A stretch of 64,000 bases of DNA from Chitinophagaceae bacterium. Lineage in GTDB: Bacteria > Bacteroidota > Bacteroidia > Chitinophagales > Chitinophagaceae. Position 1 is the first letter of the stretch, and every line of letters begins with the position of its first letter. The position numbers and the translations under genes are program-made. The notes beneath the pieces were generated by a model that was not told where the DNA came from, did no database searches, and was given only the letters and a program-made list of their open reading frames with translations. The stretch covers positions 4,141 through 68,140 of the forward strand of contig JAIYAN010000013.1 of the NCBI GenBank assembly GCA_027489035.1. The letters run 5' to 3'. Shown piece after piece: positions 1-10,593 of the stretch.

Positions 1-2124
1 AATATCATCCGGTTTCATTAGAATTTCTTTCTTTTTAATCAATGCATCTGTTAAATCAATGTTGCTATTTTTAGAAGAAGAAAATAAAGACAAATCAACC
101 AATTTAAAAGGCATTACATTTTCTTTTGTTTCAAATTTTAAATGAGCTGGGTCAAAAGCATCTATTCCATTCTGTCCGCCAAAATACATCCAACCTTGAT
201 CATCTTTAAAAGAAGAAATCCTGTTAAATTCTGTATTGGCTAGTCCGTCTTTTTTTCGGAATATTTTTGTTGAATAATTTTTCTTATTAAATTTCACTAA
301 ACCATTATAACTGCTTATCCATAAATTATTGTTGTTGTCTTCTTCAATCCTGTAAAGCATGTTATCAGGCAAACCATTTTCTATGGTAAACTTCATAATA
401 TTTTCAGAAGCCATTGGGTTCTTAGCATTCCAATTCCAACGAATCAATCCTTCACCATTCATAGCTAACCAAGCAACACCTGATTTGTCTTCATAAAAAT
501 CAAATATACCGGTGAAGGGTAAACGCTTTTCGGTTTGCTGTTGGTCTTGTCTGTAATAATCATAAATAGTACAATCATTATTAATAAAATAAATGCCATT
601 TTCTGCAACAGCAATCCAACCTTTAAATTTTGTTTGAATGATTCTGTATACATTAATCGGTGGAGGAGTTTTTTTATCCGCATAATTAATATATGTTGAA
701 ATGCCTGATTTCAAATTCATTGCAACGATATTCGAACTGCCTCCAATTAAAAATAAACTATCCGAAAAATTAGCTATAGACCAAACTTCACCAATGTTTA
801 AAAAAGAAAATGGCTTTTCATATTTTCCGTTGTTGAGATTATATTTTAAAAAAGAACCTCCAGCAATATACATCCAATCCTCTTTCTTCATTAGTACCGT
901 TCCTTGGGCGTTTTGAATACTTTTTTCTTCTTTTTCTTTCTTCATCAAACCATAGTTAACCATTGCAAAAATTCTTTTTTCGCCCAACTTATTTTGATCA
1001 ACATAAATAGACCTTGTAGCATTGTTGATCATTTCATTAATTCGATTATTTGAAAATACATGGTCAAATTGATGTTGACGAATATTTACCTGATAAACCC
1101 CTTTTTCTGAACAGAACCAATAATTGTCTTTATTATCTTTTATATAATTGCTTACTCCAAAATCTGTCAACATCATCCGATCGTTTAAATTGTATATTTC
1201 TATCGTTTGATTATCTATCTGTAAATAATAAGTATTTTGCTCCGATTTAAATAATATTGACTGGTCATCAAAACCATAAGGAATTAATTTGGATGATTTT
1301 TCTTTATCAAGCCCAATTGATATATCTATTTTATTTTGCTTTCCGGAAGCGTCCATTGAAAGAAAAATATTCGTTATTTTATTTTGAAGTATAAATTCCT
1401 TTTTTTCGGTTATTGATATTGGAATAAGATTTTTATTGTCTGTTAATAAAATCGTATCCGGGTAGATATAATAGTTTTGTTTTTTGTCAAAATTCTTGAT
1501 GAATATGCAGTCGTTAGCCGATTTAATTTCAGAAGAAAAAGGTATTTTGACATTTAGGGTAGCATAAAAATCAGCTCTTAATTTAAACGTTGCGTTTTTA
1601 CTATACTGCCATAATTTAGTGCGATCATCTGTTAAAAAATAAATACTTCCTGATGCATCATGAAAAATGGAATTAAATCGATCTGTTTTAAAAGGTAAAT
1701 TTGGTAATGCCTGATTAAGGTTGATAAATTGATAGGTATTTAAATCAATGGCCTGGAGTTTATCCTCTTGATAAATAGAACCCGAGTTTGCATTAGTTTG
1801 AACGAACAAATGATTTTTAGCATCAATTGCTAGTCCGGTAATTGTATTGGATATTAATGGGGAGTTTTTTGTATTGTAAATTTTAAAAGAATTTCCATCA
1901 TACCGGCAAAGTCCATTGGCTGTAGCAAACCACATAAAGCCTTCTTTATCTTGTATCGCATCAAAAACCACACGGGATGGCAAACCTTCTTCTACAGAAA
2001 GCATTCGTTTGGTGATGATATAATTTTGATTAGGGGTGTTGTTTTGCGAAAACCCAATGTTACCAACGAGCATCAATGCAAATAATAAAACAAGAAACTT
2101 GATTTTAAAAAATGTTTGTTGCAT
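1..2124 (-). CDS. Two-component-regulator beta-propeller sensor protein, N-terminal part (runs off window edge)
   Basis: Not in the ORF track. Translated by hand at both ends: ATG 2124 gives MQQTFFKIKFLVLLFALMLVGNIGFSQ...SVEEGLPSRVVFDAIQDKEGFMWFATANGLCRYDG (signal peptide plus Reg_prop-type repeat), and the same frame is open at base 1 (..KEILMKPDDI). The middle was not fully checked. Confidence 0.75.
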   Translation of the reverse strand, partial: MQQTFFKIKFLVLLFALMLVGNIGFSQNNTPNQNYIITKRMLSVEEGLPSRVVFDAIQDKEGFMWFATANGLCRYDGNSFKIYNTKNSPLISNTITGLAIDAKNHLFVQTNANSGSIYQEDKLQAIDLNTYQFINLNQALPNLPFKTDRFNSIFHDASGSIYFLTDDRTKLWQYSKNATFKLRADFYATLNVKIPFSSEIKSANDCIFIKNFDKKQNYYIYPDTILLTDNKNLIPISITEKKEFILQNKITNIFLSMDASGKQNKIDISIGLDKEKSSKLIPYGFDDQSILFKSEQNTYYLQIDNQTIEIYNLNDRMMLTDFGVSNYIKDNKDNYWFCSEKGVYQVNIRQHQFDHVFSNNRINEMINNATRSIYVDQNKLGEKRIFAMVNYGLMKKEKEEKSIQNAQGTVLMKKEDWMYIAGGSFLKYNLNNGKYEKPFSFLNIGEVWSIANFSDSLFLIGGSSNIVAMNLKSGISTYINYADKKTPPPINVYRIIQTKFKGWIAVAENGIYFINNDCTIYDYYRQDQQQTEKRLPFTGIFDFYEDKSGVAWLAMNGEGLIRWNWNAKNPMASENIMKFTIENGLPDNMLYRIEEDNNNNLWISSYNGLVKFNKKNYSTKIFRKKDGLANTEFNRISSFKDDQGWMYFGGQNGIDAFDPAHLKFETKENVMPFKLVDLSLFSSSKNSNIDLTDALIKKKEILMKPDDI

Positions 2125-2439
2125 GTGGTTATATAAAGTAAAAATTCAAAATTTTAAAAATTGAATTCGAAACCTTGATCCTTTTTTTATTAAAAATTAA
2201 AAAAGTTTTTTAAAATTTCATTTCATTAAAAATAAAGAAATAAGCTGCATTTAAGAGATTAGTAAATATAATATTTTATCAACCGACCATTTAAATATTG
2301 GTTTAGAAAAAAAATGGGAAAAAAACATTTTATTAATGTGTAAGATTCACCTCAAAAACACCTTAATCCTCAAAATAAAAACTTAAATTACCTTCAAATA
2401 TTGTTGATTTAACTATAAAATTTGGTTTTAAATTTTTGT

Positions 2440-2865
2440 TTCACTTTTATACACAATCAACATGTGAATAACCTGATTTTTCGTGGAAAACTGTCATTTT
2501 TAAAAATATAAAAGGGAATAATTGGTGCATTAAATTCATGGTTTTATACTTTTCATAAAGTTGATGTTATTTAACTACTTTTTATCCCAATCCAATTCAC
2601 AGATATATTTAAAAAAGACATAGGTTTTTTTTACACATGGTTATTTATATAAAATTGTTGTATAACTATTTTAGATTTATTAAAGTATCGATAATAGCTG
2701 TATATATTTCAATAAATTAAAAAACTATTTATGTTAATTTCATGTTTATACATGTGTATAAACTATTTTTTAACCCTTTAAAAATCGTTTTTATTTTTTT
2801 TATCCACTTATTAACAGCCCTAATAGTAATAGGTGATTAAATAATAAAATAGTATTAATACTTAT
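2440..2865. other. Putative chromosomal replication origin (oriC)
   Basis: AT-rich intergenic region with DnaA-box-like 9-mers: TTATACACA 2447-2455, TGTGAATAA 2463-2471, TTTTACACA 2629-2637, TGTGTATAA 2753-2761, TTATCCACT 2800-2808, TTATTAACA 2808-2816. These are followed by GCC, NTA triplets (2820-2831) and an AT-rich tract. parS sites lie 5 kb away. Confidence 0.7.
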
Positions 2866-2875
2866 TACAGGAGAT

Positions 2876-3865
2876 ATGCACAATCAAATTTTAGAAAAAA
2901 ATGGTTTCTTAAATCTTCCCATAAATCCATCGCTTGATTTGTTTGAAGAAATAAATAATTTAAAAAAAGAAAAGAATGCAATTATTCTGGCACACTATTA
3001 TCAAGAGCCAGATATTCAAGACATAGCTGATTATATAGGAGACAGTTTAGGTTTAGCACAAAAAGCTGAAAATACCAGTGCAGATATTATCGTTTTTGCT
3101 GGTGTACATTTTATGGCAGAAACGGCTAAAATTTTAAATCCCCATAAAAAAGTATTATTGCCTGATTTAAATGCGGGTTGTTCTTTAAGTGATTCTGCTC
3201 CACCTGCTTTGTTTAATCAATTTAAAATAAAACATCCTGATCATACAGTAATATCTTACATCAACTGTAGTTCAGGTATCAAAGCTTTAAGTGATATCAT
3301 TTGTACTTCATCAAATGCAGAAGCCATTGTAAACAGTTTGCCTAAAGATGAAAAAATAATATTTGCACCAGATAAAAATTTAGGCGCTTATTTAAATAAA
3401 ATTACCAATAGGAATATGGTTCTTTGGAATGGTGCTTGTATGGTGCATGAAATTTTTAGTTTGGAAAAAATTACTAAATTAAAAATTAGACATCCAGAGG
3501 CAAAATTTATTGCACATCCTGAGTGTGAAGAATCATTATTAGCGATTGCAGATTATATAGGGAGTACTACGGCACTTTTAAAGTTTACCCAACAAAGTAC
3601 TTGCAAACAATTTATTGTGGCCACAGAGACCGGTATACTGCATCAAATGCAAAAATTAAATCCTGATAAAACTTTTATACCAGCACCTCCAAATAATGCA
3701 TGTGCTTGTAATAATTGTCCATATATGAAACTCAATACATTGGAGAAATTATATACTTGTATGAAATATGAACTTCCAGAAATTATTATGGATGAAAATT
3801 TATTAATTGCAGCAAAGAAACCTATTACCAGAATGTTGGAGATTAGTAAATATTATGGTTTATAA
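2876..3865 (+). CDS. nadA: Quinolinate synthase
   Basis: ILAHYYQ, GDSLGL, CGVHFMAE-like ([11 protein letters not shown]), AGCSL, YINCS, HPEC and CPYMK motifs. Confidence 0.97.
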   Translation: MHNQILEKNGFLNLPINPSLDLFEEINNLKKEKNAIILAHYYQEPDIQDIADYIGDSLGLAQKAENTSADIIVFAGVHFMAETAKILNPHKKVLLPDLNAGCSLSDSAPPALFNQFKIKHPDHTVISYINCSSGIKALSDIICTSSNAEAIVNSLPKDEKIIFAPDKNLGAYLNKITNRNMVLWNGACMVHEIFSLEKITKLKIRHPEAKFIAHPECEESLLAIADYIGSTTALLKFTQQSTCKQFIVATETGILHQMQKLNPDKTFIPAPPNNACACNNCPYMKLNTLEKLYTCMKYELPEIIMDENLLIAAKKPITRMLEISKYYGL

Positions 3866-3933
3866 AAGAATTAAAAATTCAAAAATTAAAATTCAAAAAA
3901 AGTATTTTATATCTATATCATAATTTTTACTTT

Positions 3934-4992
3934 TTACTTTTCAATTTTTACTTTATAAAAACTATCAATTCTAGTTCTTACATTTTCTCTAATGTTCATA
4001 TAGTAAAGATTAATATCACCAATGTGGAAATTCTTTTTAGTGAAGAAAAATTTTCCAAACACATTTGGTTTACATGCCCATAATACATTTTGATGTACTT
4101 GTGCGTCAACTACTTTTGGAACAATCTTTTTAAAATTTTGTAAAATACCACCTTTGTTTAATTGAGCAGAAGTGTATGTTTCATCTGTAGTCCAGGTTAA
4201 TGGATTTACAACAATACATTTAAACTTTTCATTTTGAATTAAATCTGGAACATAACCATTTTTATACGTTCTCCAACCAACAAAACAACCTGTTTGATTT
4301 TCATTAGTACAAGGTTTTAAATTAGAAAAATAATTTTCTGGAATAGGCATTCCAATGATATACGCACAAACCAATTGTTTATGTAGCGTTTTATCATCAA
4401 AAAATGCTTTTAATAATTTACCTGCATGTTGTGTACCTTGACTATGAGAGGCAATAATGATTGGACGACCATTGTTAAAATTTTTGAGATAATATTCAAA
4501 TGCTGCTTTTACATCGTTGTACGCTATTTCAAAATAATCTTTAGCTATTTCTGGATTGATATAAAAACTATTGATATGCGCTTGTTGATATCTTGGAGCA
4601 AACAAACGAGACTGTTCATTAAATGCTGAAGCTTGATATAATATAGCAGTATTGTCTGTTTTTTCATTAATAGCTAAATCTTTTACATCCGCATTCCAAC
4701 TTTCAAATTCTTTTTGTAAATATGTAGTGGGATGAATAAAAAAAACATCTATCGATGAATCATTAACTCTCCTATCTATGATACCATCTGAAATACTGTC
4801 ACTTAAATCTTTCTTCCATGGATGTGCTGCCCAATTATTTAGGTCGCTATAATTCGTTATTTTTATGTTTGACGTTAACTTATTTTGTGCATGAATTTTT
4901 ATAAATAAAGAATCAAAAATAATAACTGCAAAACAAATTATTATTTTAAATAATTTAATAAAATTAGATTTTCTATACATTTTCATAATCAA
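3934..4992 (-). CDS. DUF3089-family alpha/beta hydrolase-like protein
   Basis: DVFFIHPTT, FAPRYQQA, YNDVKAAFEYY and ASHSQG nucleophile-elbow motif. Confidence 0.8.
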   Translation of the reverse strand: MIMKMYRKSNFIKLFKIIICFAVIIFDSLFIKIHAQNKLTSNIKITNYSDLNNWAAHPWKKDLSDSISDGIIDRRVNDSSIDVFFIHPTTYLQKEFESWNADVKDLAINEKTDNTAILYQASAFNEQSRLFAPRYQQAHINSFYINPEIAKDYFEIAYNDVKAAFEYYLKNFNNGRPIIIASHSQGTQHAGKLLKAFFDDKTLHKQLVCAYIIGMPIPENYFSNLKPCTNENQTGCFVGWRTYKNGYVPDLIQNEKFKCIVVNPLTWTTDETYTSAQLNKGGILQNFKKIVPKVVDAQVHQNVLWACKPNVFGKFFFTKKNFHIGDINLYYMNIRENVRTRIDSFYKVKIEK

Positions 4993-5043
4993 ATATACAT
5001 TCGTTAATTTTCAGTTTTATAATTAATGTAAAATTCTTGATTA

Positions 5044-6291
5044 TTGTTTTGGTCTAAAAATTATACTTTTTTAAAGACAGTCTTTTTATATACCATTACT
5101 GCTTTCGGTGGTCCGCAAGGTCATTTAGGTATGTTGAAAAAAACGTTTGTACAAAAAAAATATATCTCTGAAGATACACTTCATGATTTATTTGCTTTTT
5201 CTCAAATTCTACCCGGAGCTTCAAGTACTCAATTAATTACTTTAATCGGATACAAACGAGGTGGTTTTTTACTTTCAATAATTACACTGCTTATTTGGAT
5301 TTTACCTGCATGTATTTTGATGGGTGCTCTTTCATTTTTAATAAGTTCGAATGCACATGAAAGTTTTAATGCATCTCTATTTAAATTTATAAAACCTATG
5401 ACGATTGGATTTTTGTTATTTTCTTTTTATGGAAATTTCAAATTATCTGTAAACAATAAAATCACAACAATCATATTTTTATTATCAACATTTCTAACTC
5501 TTTTATTTTTTAAAAAGCCTTGGATATTTCCTTTGTTGATTGTACTTGCTGGTATAGTAACAAATTTCAGCAGTAAAAGAATTCCTTCAACAACTGATTT
5601 AAAACCAAAAATTATTCAATGGAAAAATTTATGGTTATTTATTTTCATTTTTGTTATTGCTGGATTTCTGAGTGAATCAGCTAGGAAAAACGAGTGGCAA
5701 AACAGAAATGCATTTAATGTTTTTGAAAACTTTTATCGTTTTGGTAGTTTGGTTTATGGTGGTGGTGATGTACTGTTTCCAATGATGCTAGATCAATACG
5801 TGGCTCGTCCAACAGATAAACAAACCCAAATTAAAAATCCCAATTCAATAAAAATTTCTAATTCAGATTTGATTGTTGGTTTTGGAATGATTCGTGCAAT
5901 TCCAGGGCCTGTTTTTTCAATTGGTTCTTATGTTGGTGGTATGGCAATGAAAGACAAAGGAAAATTAAATCAGTTTTATGGTTGCGTTTTAGGAAGTATT
6001 GCATTGTTTTTACCCGGAATTTTATTGCTCTATTTTTTCTTTCCAATTTGGGAAAATCTAAAGCGTTACGTTATCATTTTTCGAGCCATTGAAGGGATAA
6101 AGTCAGTTGTTCCTGGCTTTATTTGTGCAGCAGCAATTTATTTAATTAACGATTTATTTTCAGCATCTACAAAAATGGAATTCATTTTTTCATTTTTAAT
6201 TTTCTTTTCTACTTTTCTAATTTTAATTAAAACAAAATTACCTCCTCCTATTTTAGTTATACTTTGTCTATTATTAGGTTTTATATTTTAA
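5044..6291 (+). CDS. chrA: Chromate ion transporter (CHR family, long chain)
   Basis: Two homologous halves: AFGGPQGH...QILPGASSTQ and VYGGG...RAIPGP; TTG start. Confidence 0.88.
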   Translation: MFWSKNYTFLKTVFLYTITAFGGPQGHLGMLKKTFVQKKYISEDTLHDLFAFSQILPGASSTQLITLIGYKRGGFLLSIITLLIWILPACILMGALSFLISSNAHESFNASLFKFIKPMTIGFLLFSFYGNFKLSVNNKITTIIFLLSTFLTLLFFKKPWIFPLLIVLAGIVTNFSSKRIPSTTDLKPKIIQWKNLWLFIFIFVIAGFLSESARKNEWQNRNAFNVFENFYRFGSLVYGGGDVLFPMMLDQYVARPTDKQTQIKNPNSIKISNSDLIVGFGMIRAIPGPVFSIGSYVGGMAMKDKGKLNQFYGCVLGSIALFLPGILLLYFFFPIWENLKRYVIIFRAIEGIKSVVPGFICAAAIYLINDLFSASTKMEFIFSFLIFFSTFLILIKTKLPPPILVILCLLLGFIF

Positions 6292-6295
6292 TTAC

Positions 6296-6865
6296 TCATT
6301 TATACAAACCATTATTTTCTATATTTTCTCTAACTAAATCGGTCACTAAAAATTGAATCGATTTTTTATTTTTAACTAACTCACGGATATGTGTAGACGA
6401 AAGATATATTTGTGGACTATCTGTAAATCTATAGTTTGCTTTTATTTGTTTTTCTAATAAAAAGCCAGGACGTTGATAAACAATGAAATTATATTTATCT
6501 ATAATATATTTACTGTTTTTCCATTTTTCAATATTTTGAAATCCATCGCTTCCTAAAATAATTTCAAACTGATGATTAGGATATTTTTCTTCAAGATAGA
6601 TTAATGTGTTTATGGTATAGGAAGGTTTAGGAAGATTGAATTCGATATTACTTGCTTTTAATTTATCTGTATTTTCTATGGCCAATCTTACCATATTCAA
6701 TCTTAATTGGGCATTAAGTAATTGATGTTCTTGTTTGAATGGATTTTGTGGAGAAACAACAAACCAAACCTCATCTAGATTTTCATTTTCTACACAATGG
6801 TTTGCAATGATCAAATGACCAATATGAATGGGATTAAATGAACCGAAGTATAGTCCTACTCTCAT
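6296..6865 (-). CDS. nadD: Nicotinate-nucleotide adenylyltransferase
   Basis: GLYFGSFNPIHIGH (HxGH), SPQNPFK, PSYTINT, SSTHIR. Confidence 0.97.
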   Translation of the reverse strand: MRVGLYFGSFNPIHIGHLIIANHCVENENLDEVWFVVSPQNPFKQEHQLLNAQLRLNMVRLAIENTDKLKASNIEFNLPKPSYTINTLIYLEEKYPNHQFEIILGSDGFQNIEKWKNSKYIIDKYNFIVYQRPGFLLEKQIKANYRFTDSPQIYLSSTHIRELVKNKKSIQFLVTDLVRENIENNGLYK

Positions 6866-6867
6866 TT

Positions 6868-7098
6868 TTAAATTATTTCTTCAACTATAATATTTTCTGC
6901 TTCTTTTAAACGAAGGCTTAAATGATATCCAGAAACCAAAATAGAAATCGGATCTTTAAATGGAGCAATGTTTTCTATTTTTATTGTTTCGCCTGGAACA
7001 CAACCCATCTCCATCAATTTCAGATATAGATCTTCATTCTCAAATGACTTAATCGTAACCGTTTTCCCTGATTCAATTTCTGAAAGTTTTTTAAACAT
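6868..7098 (-). CDS. feoA: FeoA-family ferrous iron transport protein
   Basis: 76 aa; KLMEMGCVPGETIKIENIAPFKDPISILVSGYHLSLR. Confidence 0.85.
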   Translation of the reverse strand: MFKKLSEIESGKTVTIKSFENEDLYLKLMEMGCVPGETIKIENIAPFKDPISILVSGYHLSLRLKEAENIIVEEII

Positions 7099-7166
7099 TA
7101 CTATTATTTGGTTGTAAAGATAATTAATAGATAATCTTTTTACTTTTGGTGTTCAATTTATTCTTT

Positions 7167-7592
7167 ATGGAAATCAATTTATTTTTTCAAAATGCCATTT
7201 CATTAAAAGAACGTGGAAAGTTAAAATCGTTTATTATTTTTTTAATGAAAAAAGAAGGATATAAGCCAAAGGATATTTCTATAATTTTTTGTTCGGATGA
7301 ATACCTTTTGGAAATAAATAAACAGCACTTAAACCATAATTACTTTACCGATATCATAACTTTTGATCTGACACCCAAAAATGAAAATAAAATCACTGCC
7401 GAATTATACATTAGTACAGATCGTGTCAAATACAACGCGAAGGATTATAATACTACCATTTCCAATGAATTACATCGAGTAATATTTCATGGGATATTAC
7501 ACCTATGTGGTTATAAAGACAAATCAAAAAAAGACATTGCTTTAATGCGCGCAAAGGAACAAGAATACTTAAGTCTCTATTTTCCATCGTAA
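7167..7592 (+). CDS. ybeY: rRNA maturation endoribonuclease YbeY
   Basis: NKQHLNHNYFTDIITF and HGILHLCGYKD (HxxxHxxGxD); ATG 7167 preferred over the upstream alternative start at 7146. Confidence 0.93.
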   Translation: MEINLFFQNAISLKERGKLKSFIIFLMKKEGYKPKDISIIFCSDEYLLEINKQHLNHNYFTDIITFDLTPKNENKITAELYISTDRVKYNAKDYNTTISNELHRVIFHGILHLCGYKDKSKKDIALMRAKEQEYLSLYFPS

Positions 7593-7608
7593 TGTTCCAC
7601 GTGGAACA
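7593..7608. promoter_or_regulatory. parS centromere-like site 1
   Basis: Perfect 16-bp palindrome TGTTCCACGTGGAACA matching the established parS consensus. Confidence 0.9.
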
Positions 7609-7768
7609 TAAAAGGCGAATCAAGCATCCGGCCCCCTCAATCCCCCAAGGGGGATGTTTTGAAGTATATAAAATAAATTTGTTTGTCAAACGAGATCAAG
7701 CCTCTTGAATCAATTATCACGAATACAGTAAGGAAACAAGCTAATTAGTTTTATACTTTTATGCATAA

Positions 7769-7784
7769 TGTTCCACGTGGAACA
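7769..7784. promoter_or_regulatory. parS centromere-like site 2
   Basis: Identical TGTTCCACGTGGAACA, 176 bp downstream of site 1. Confidence 0.9.
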
Positions 7785-7816
7785 TTCAAACCTATCCAAT
7801 CAAAATCTTCAATATA

Positions 7817-7954
7817 AAGAAGGAGATCAAAGCGAATACGCTTCCCACCATTAATCCATTAAACCCTTAAACCAGCGAAGCGTTTTAAACAATAGTAAGA
7901 AGGAGATAAAAGCGTATACACTCTCTACCCTAAACCAGCGAAGCGTTTTAAACA
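7817..7954. repeat. Imperfect tandem duplication upstream of mnmG
   Basis: AAGAAGGAGAT(C/A)AAAGCG at 7817 and 7897; exact 24-mer TAAACCAGCGAAGCGTTTTAAACA at 7868 and 7931. Confidence 0.8.
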
Positions 7955-7985
7955 TTTTTCTATCTATATTTTATCTTCTGCGTAT

Positions 7986-7993
7986 TATCTTTG
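7986..7993 (+). promoter_or_regulatory. Bacteroidota -7 promoter element for mnmG
   Basis: TATCTTTG matches TAnnTTTG, 5 nt before the ATG. Confidence 0.55.
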
Positions 7994-7998
7994 TACCT

Positions 7999-9867
7999 AT
8001 GTTTCAAAAATATGATGTTATCGTTGTTGGTGCTGGTCATGCGGGTTGTGAAGCCGCCGCTTCAGCTGCAAATTTGGGCAGTAAAGTGTTGCTTATTACA
8101 ATGAATATGCAAACCATCGCCCAAATGAGTTGTAATCCAGCTATGGGCGGAATAGCAAAAGGACAAATTGTAAAGGAAATCGATGCAATTGGTGGATATA
8201 GCGGTATTGTTACCGATAAAAGCATGATTCAATTTAGAATGTTGAATCGTTCAAAAGGTCCAGCAATGTGGAGCCCAAGGGCACAAAGTGATAGAATGTT
8301 ATTTGCGGCAACATGGAGAGAAATGTTAGAAAACACGCCAAACGTTGATTTTTATCAAGATACTGTGGTAGAACTTTTGATAAACAACCATAAAGTAGAA
8401 GGTGTAGTTACAAGTTTAGGTCATAGAATAAAGGCAAATTCGGTAGTATTAACCAATGGTACATTTTTAAATGGCGTAATTCATATCGGAGAAAAGAATT
8501 TTGGAGGCGGAAGAGTAGCGGAAAAATCGGCAAAAGGGATAACAGAACAACTGGTTTCACTAGGTTTTGAAAGCGATCGCCTTAAAACAGGTACACCACC
8601 TCGTATTGATGGTAGAAGTTTGGACTATTCTAAAATGGAGGAACAAAAAGGCGATGATGAAATAGTTGGGTTTAGTTATTTAGAAAAACCTCAATTAAAA
8701 GCCGAAGATCAAAAAAGTTGCTGGATTACCTATACAAATGAAGAAGTTCATAGCTTATTAAAAGACGGATTTGAATCAAGTCCAATGTTTAAAGGCAGAA
8801 TTCAAGGAACAGGACCAAGATATTGCCCGAGCATTGAAGATAAAATAAATAGATTCGCTGAAAGAGATAGGCATCAACTTTTCGTAGAACCTGAAGGTTG
8901 GAATACCATTGAGATATATGTAAATGGATTTTCTACTTCATTATCAGAGGAAGTACAAATAAAAGCACTTAAAAAAGTACCTGGTTTTGAACATTGCAAA
9001 ATGTTCCGACCTGGATATGCCATAGAATACGATTTCTTTCCACCAACACAGTTAAGTTTTAGCTTAGAAACAAAGCATATTAAGAATTTGTTCTTTGCTG
9101 GACAAATTAATGGAACTACAGGGTATGAAGAAGCGGCTTGCCAAGGATTAATGGCTGGAATTAATGCACATCAAGCTTCTAGGGAATTAGAACCTTTTGT
9201 TCTAAAAAGAAGCGATGCCTATATTGGTGTACTAATTGATGATTTAATCAACAAAGGAACAGACGAGCCATATCGAATGTTTACCAGTAGGGCTGAATAT
9301 AGAACTCTACTTCGCCAAGACAATGCAGATATCAGATTAACAGAATTAAGCTTCAATTTAGGGTTGGCTTCACAGGAAAGATTAAATAACTTAATTAAAA
9401 AGCAAAATGACGTAGTTGTATTAAAAGATTACTTGCAAAAAGAAAATATTGAACCGTTAGAAGCAAACGAATATTTAGAAAGTGTAAATTCATCTGCTTT
9501 ATTAAATAAACAAAAAGCTGCTCAGTTATTGCTTAGACCAGGCGTGGACCTTAAGTCTATGATTAATAATATTCCTTCCATTCAAACTTTCTTAAACAAA
9601 TTTGAATACGATTCCTTAGAACAAGTAGAAATTCAACTTAAGTACGAAACCTATATAGAAAAGGAAAAAGAAATGGTTCAAAAAATGAGCCAACTTGAAA
9701 ACTTAATTATTCCAGATAATTTTAATTACGACAATTTGGTTTCATTAAGTAATGAAGCCCGTCAAAAATTCAATAAAATCAAACCAAAAACATTGGGTCA
9801 GGCATCTAGAATTTCAGGCGTAAACCCTAGCGATGTGCAAATTCTATTGTTGTTCATGGGTAGATAA
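7999..9867 (+). CDS. mnmG: tRNA uridine-5-carboxymethylaminomethyl(34) synthesis enzyme MnmG (GidA)
   Basis: VIVVGAGHAGCEAA, MSCNPAMGG, RLKTGTPPR, GPRYCPSIEDK, GQINGTTGYEEAA, YRMFTSRAEYR. Confidence 0.99.
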   Translation: MFQKYDVIVVGAGHAGCEAAASAANLGSKVLLITMNMQTIAQMSCNPAMGGIAKGQIVKEIDAIGGYSGIVTDKSMIQFRMLNRSKGPAMWSPRAQSDRMLFAATWREMLENTPNVDFYQDTVVELLINNHKVEGVVTSLGHRIKANSVVLTNGTFLNGVIHIGEKNFGGGRVAEKSAKGITEQLVSLGFESDRLKTGTPPRIDGRSLDYSKMEEQKGDDEIVGFSYLEKPQLKAEDQKSCWITYTNEEVHSLLKDGFESSPMFKGRIQGTGPRYCPSIEDKINRFAERDRHQLFVEPEGWNTIEIYVNGFSTSLSEEVQIKALKKVPGFEHCKMFRPGYAIEYDFFPPTQLSFSLETKHIKNLFFAGQINGTTGYEEAACQGLMAGINAHQASRELEPFVLKRSDAYIGVLIDDLINKGTDEPYRMFTSRAEYRTLLRQDNADIRLTELSFNLGLASQERLNNLIKKQNDVVVLKDYLQKENIEPLEANEYLESVNSSALLNKQKAAQLLLRPGVDLKSMINNIPSIQTFLNKFEYDSLEQVEIQLKYETYIEKEKEMVQKMSQLENLIIPDNFNYDNLVSLSNEARQKFNKIKPKTLGQASRISGVNPSDVQILLLFMGR

Positions 9868-10058
9868 TATTTATATAAATTATAATATATAAAAATGTCA
9901 TTATGTAGCATTTGACTAAAATTTTTCTTTGATATCTTAGTTAAAAATGCTTTTGTCTTTGGTGTAAAGATTGATTTTCATAGATTAATAAAATGCAATA
10001 CACGACCAACAAAATTGAATATTTTCAATACATAATGACATTAAAATAAAACTTGGAT

Positions 10059-10403
10059 TTAAGCAGAAGCTTTGCTGCCTAATAAAAGCAACTCGTTTAC
10101 TTGAATTTCGGTGACGTATTTTTTAACGCCTTCTTTATCCAAGTAATCTTTACTGATTAATTTTCCTTCTATTGCCACCTCAGAACCTTTGTCGAGGTAT
10201 TTTTCAGCAATATCCGCTACTTTACCCCAAGCCACTAAATTGTGCCATTGGGTTTCTTTTACTTTTTCACCTTTAGTGTTGGTGTAAGTTTCGTTGGTAG
10301 CCACAGAAAAGCGGACTAATTTTTTACCGGCTTCTGTGTTTTTTACATCTGGCGATTTTCCCAGATTTCCAATCAATTGTACTTTGTTTCTTAATGAAAA
10401 CAT
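10059..10403 (-). CDS. ssb: Single-stranded DNA-binding protein (short form without acidic tail)
   Basis: NKVQLIGNLGKSPD, FSVATNE, TQWHNLVAWG, KGSEVAIEGKL. Confidence 0.93.
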   Translation of the reverse strand: MFSLRNKVQLIGNLGKSPDVKNTEAGKKLVRFSVATNETYTNTKGEKVKETQWHNLVAWGKVADIAEKYLDKGSEVAIEGKLISKDYLDKEGVKKYVTEIQVNELLLLGSKASA

Positions 10404-10593
10404 GTTGTGTGTTTTTTAATTGTTTAAAATAATATTTCAGTCAATTACTGGCGCCAATAAAAAGACATAGCAAATGTGCTATTACAATTAAAAAATAGTC
10501 GGTACTTATTCGTTTGTTGTTGAAAATACATGTTTATAACCGTGTAAAAACGGATAAGAAATATTGGATTGATTTTAATTTTAAAATAAAAAA

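Noticed and set aside
465-1250. Short ORFs 465..683, 701..916 and 1050..1250
   Set aside because: They are shadow frames overlapping the long - strand sensor gene that runs off the window.
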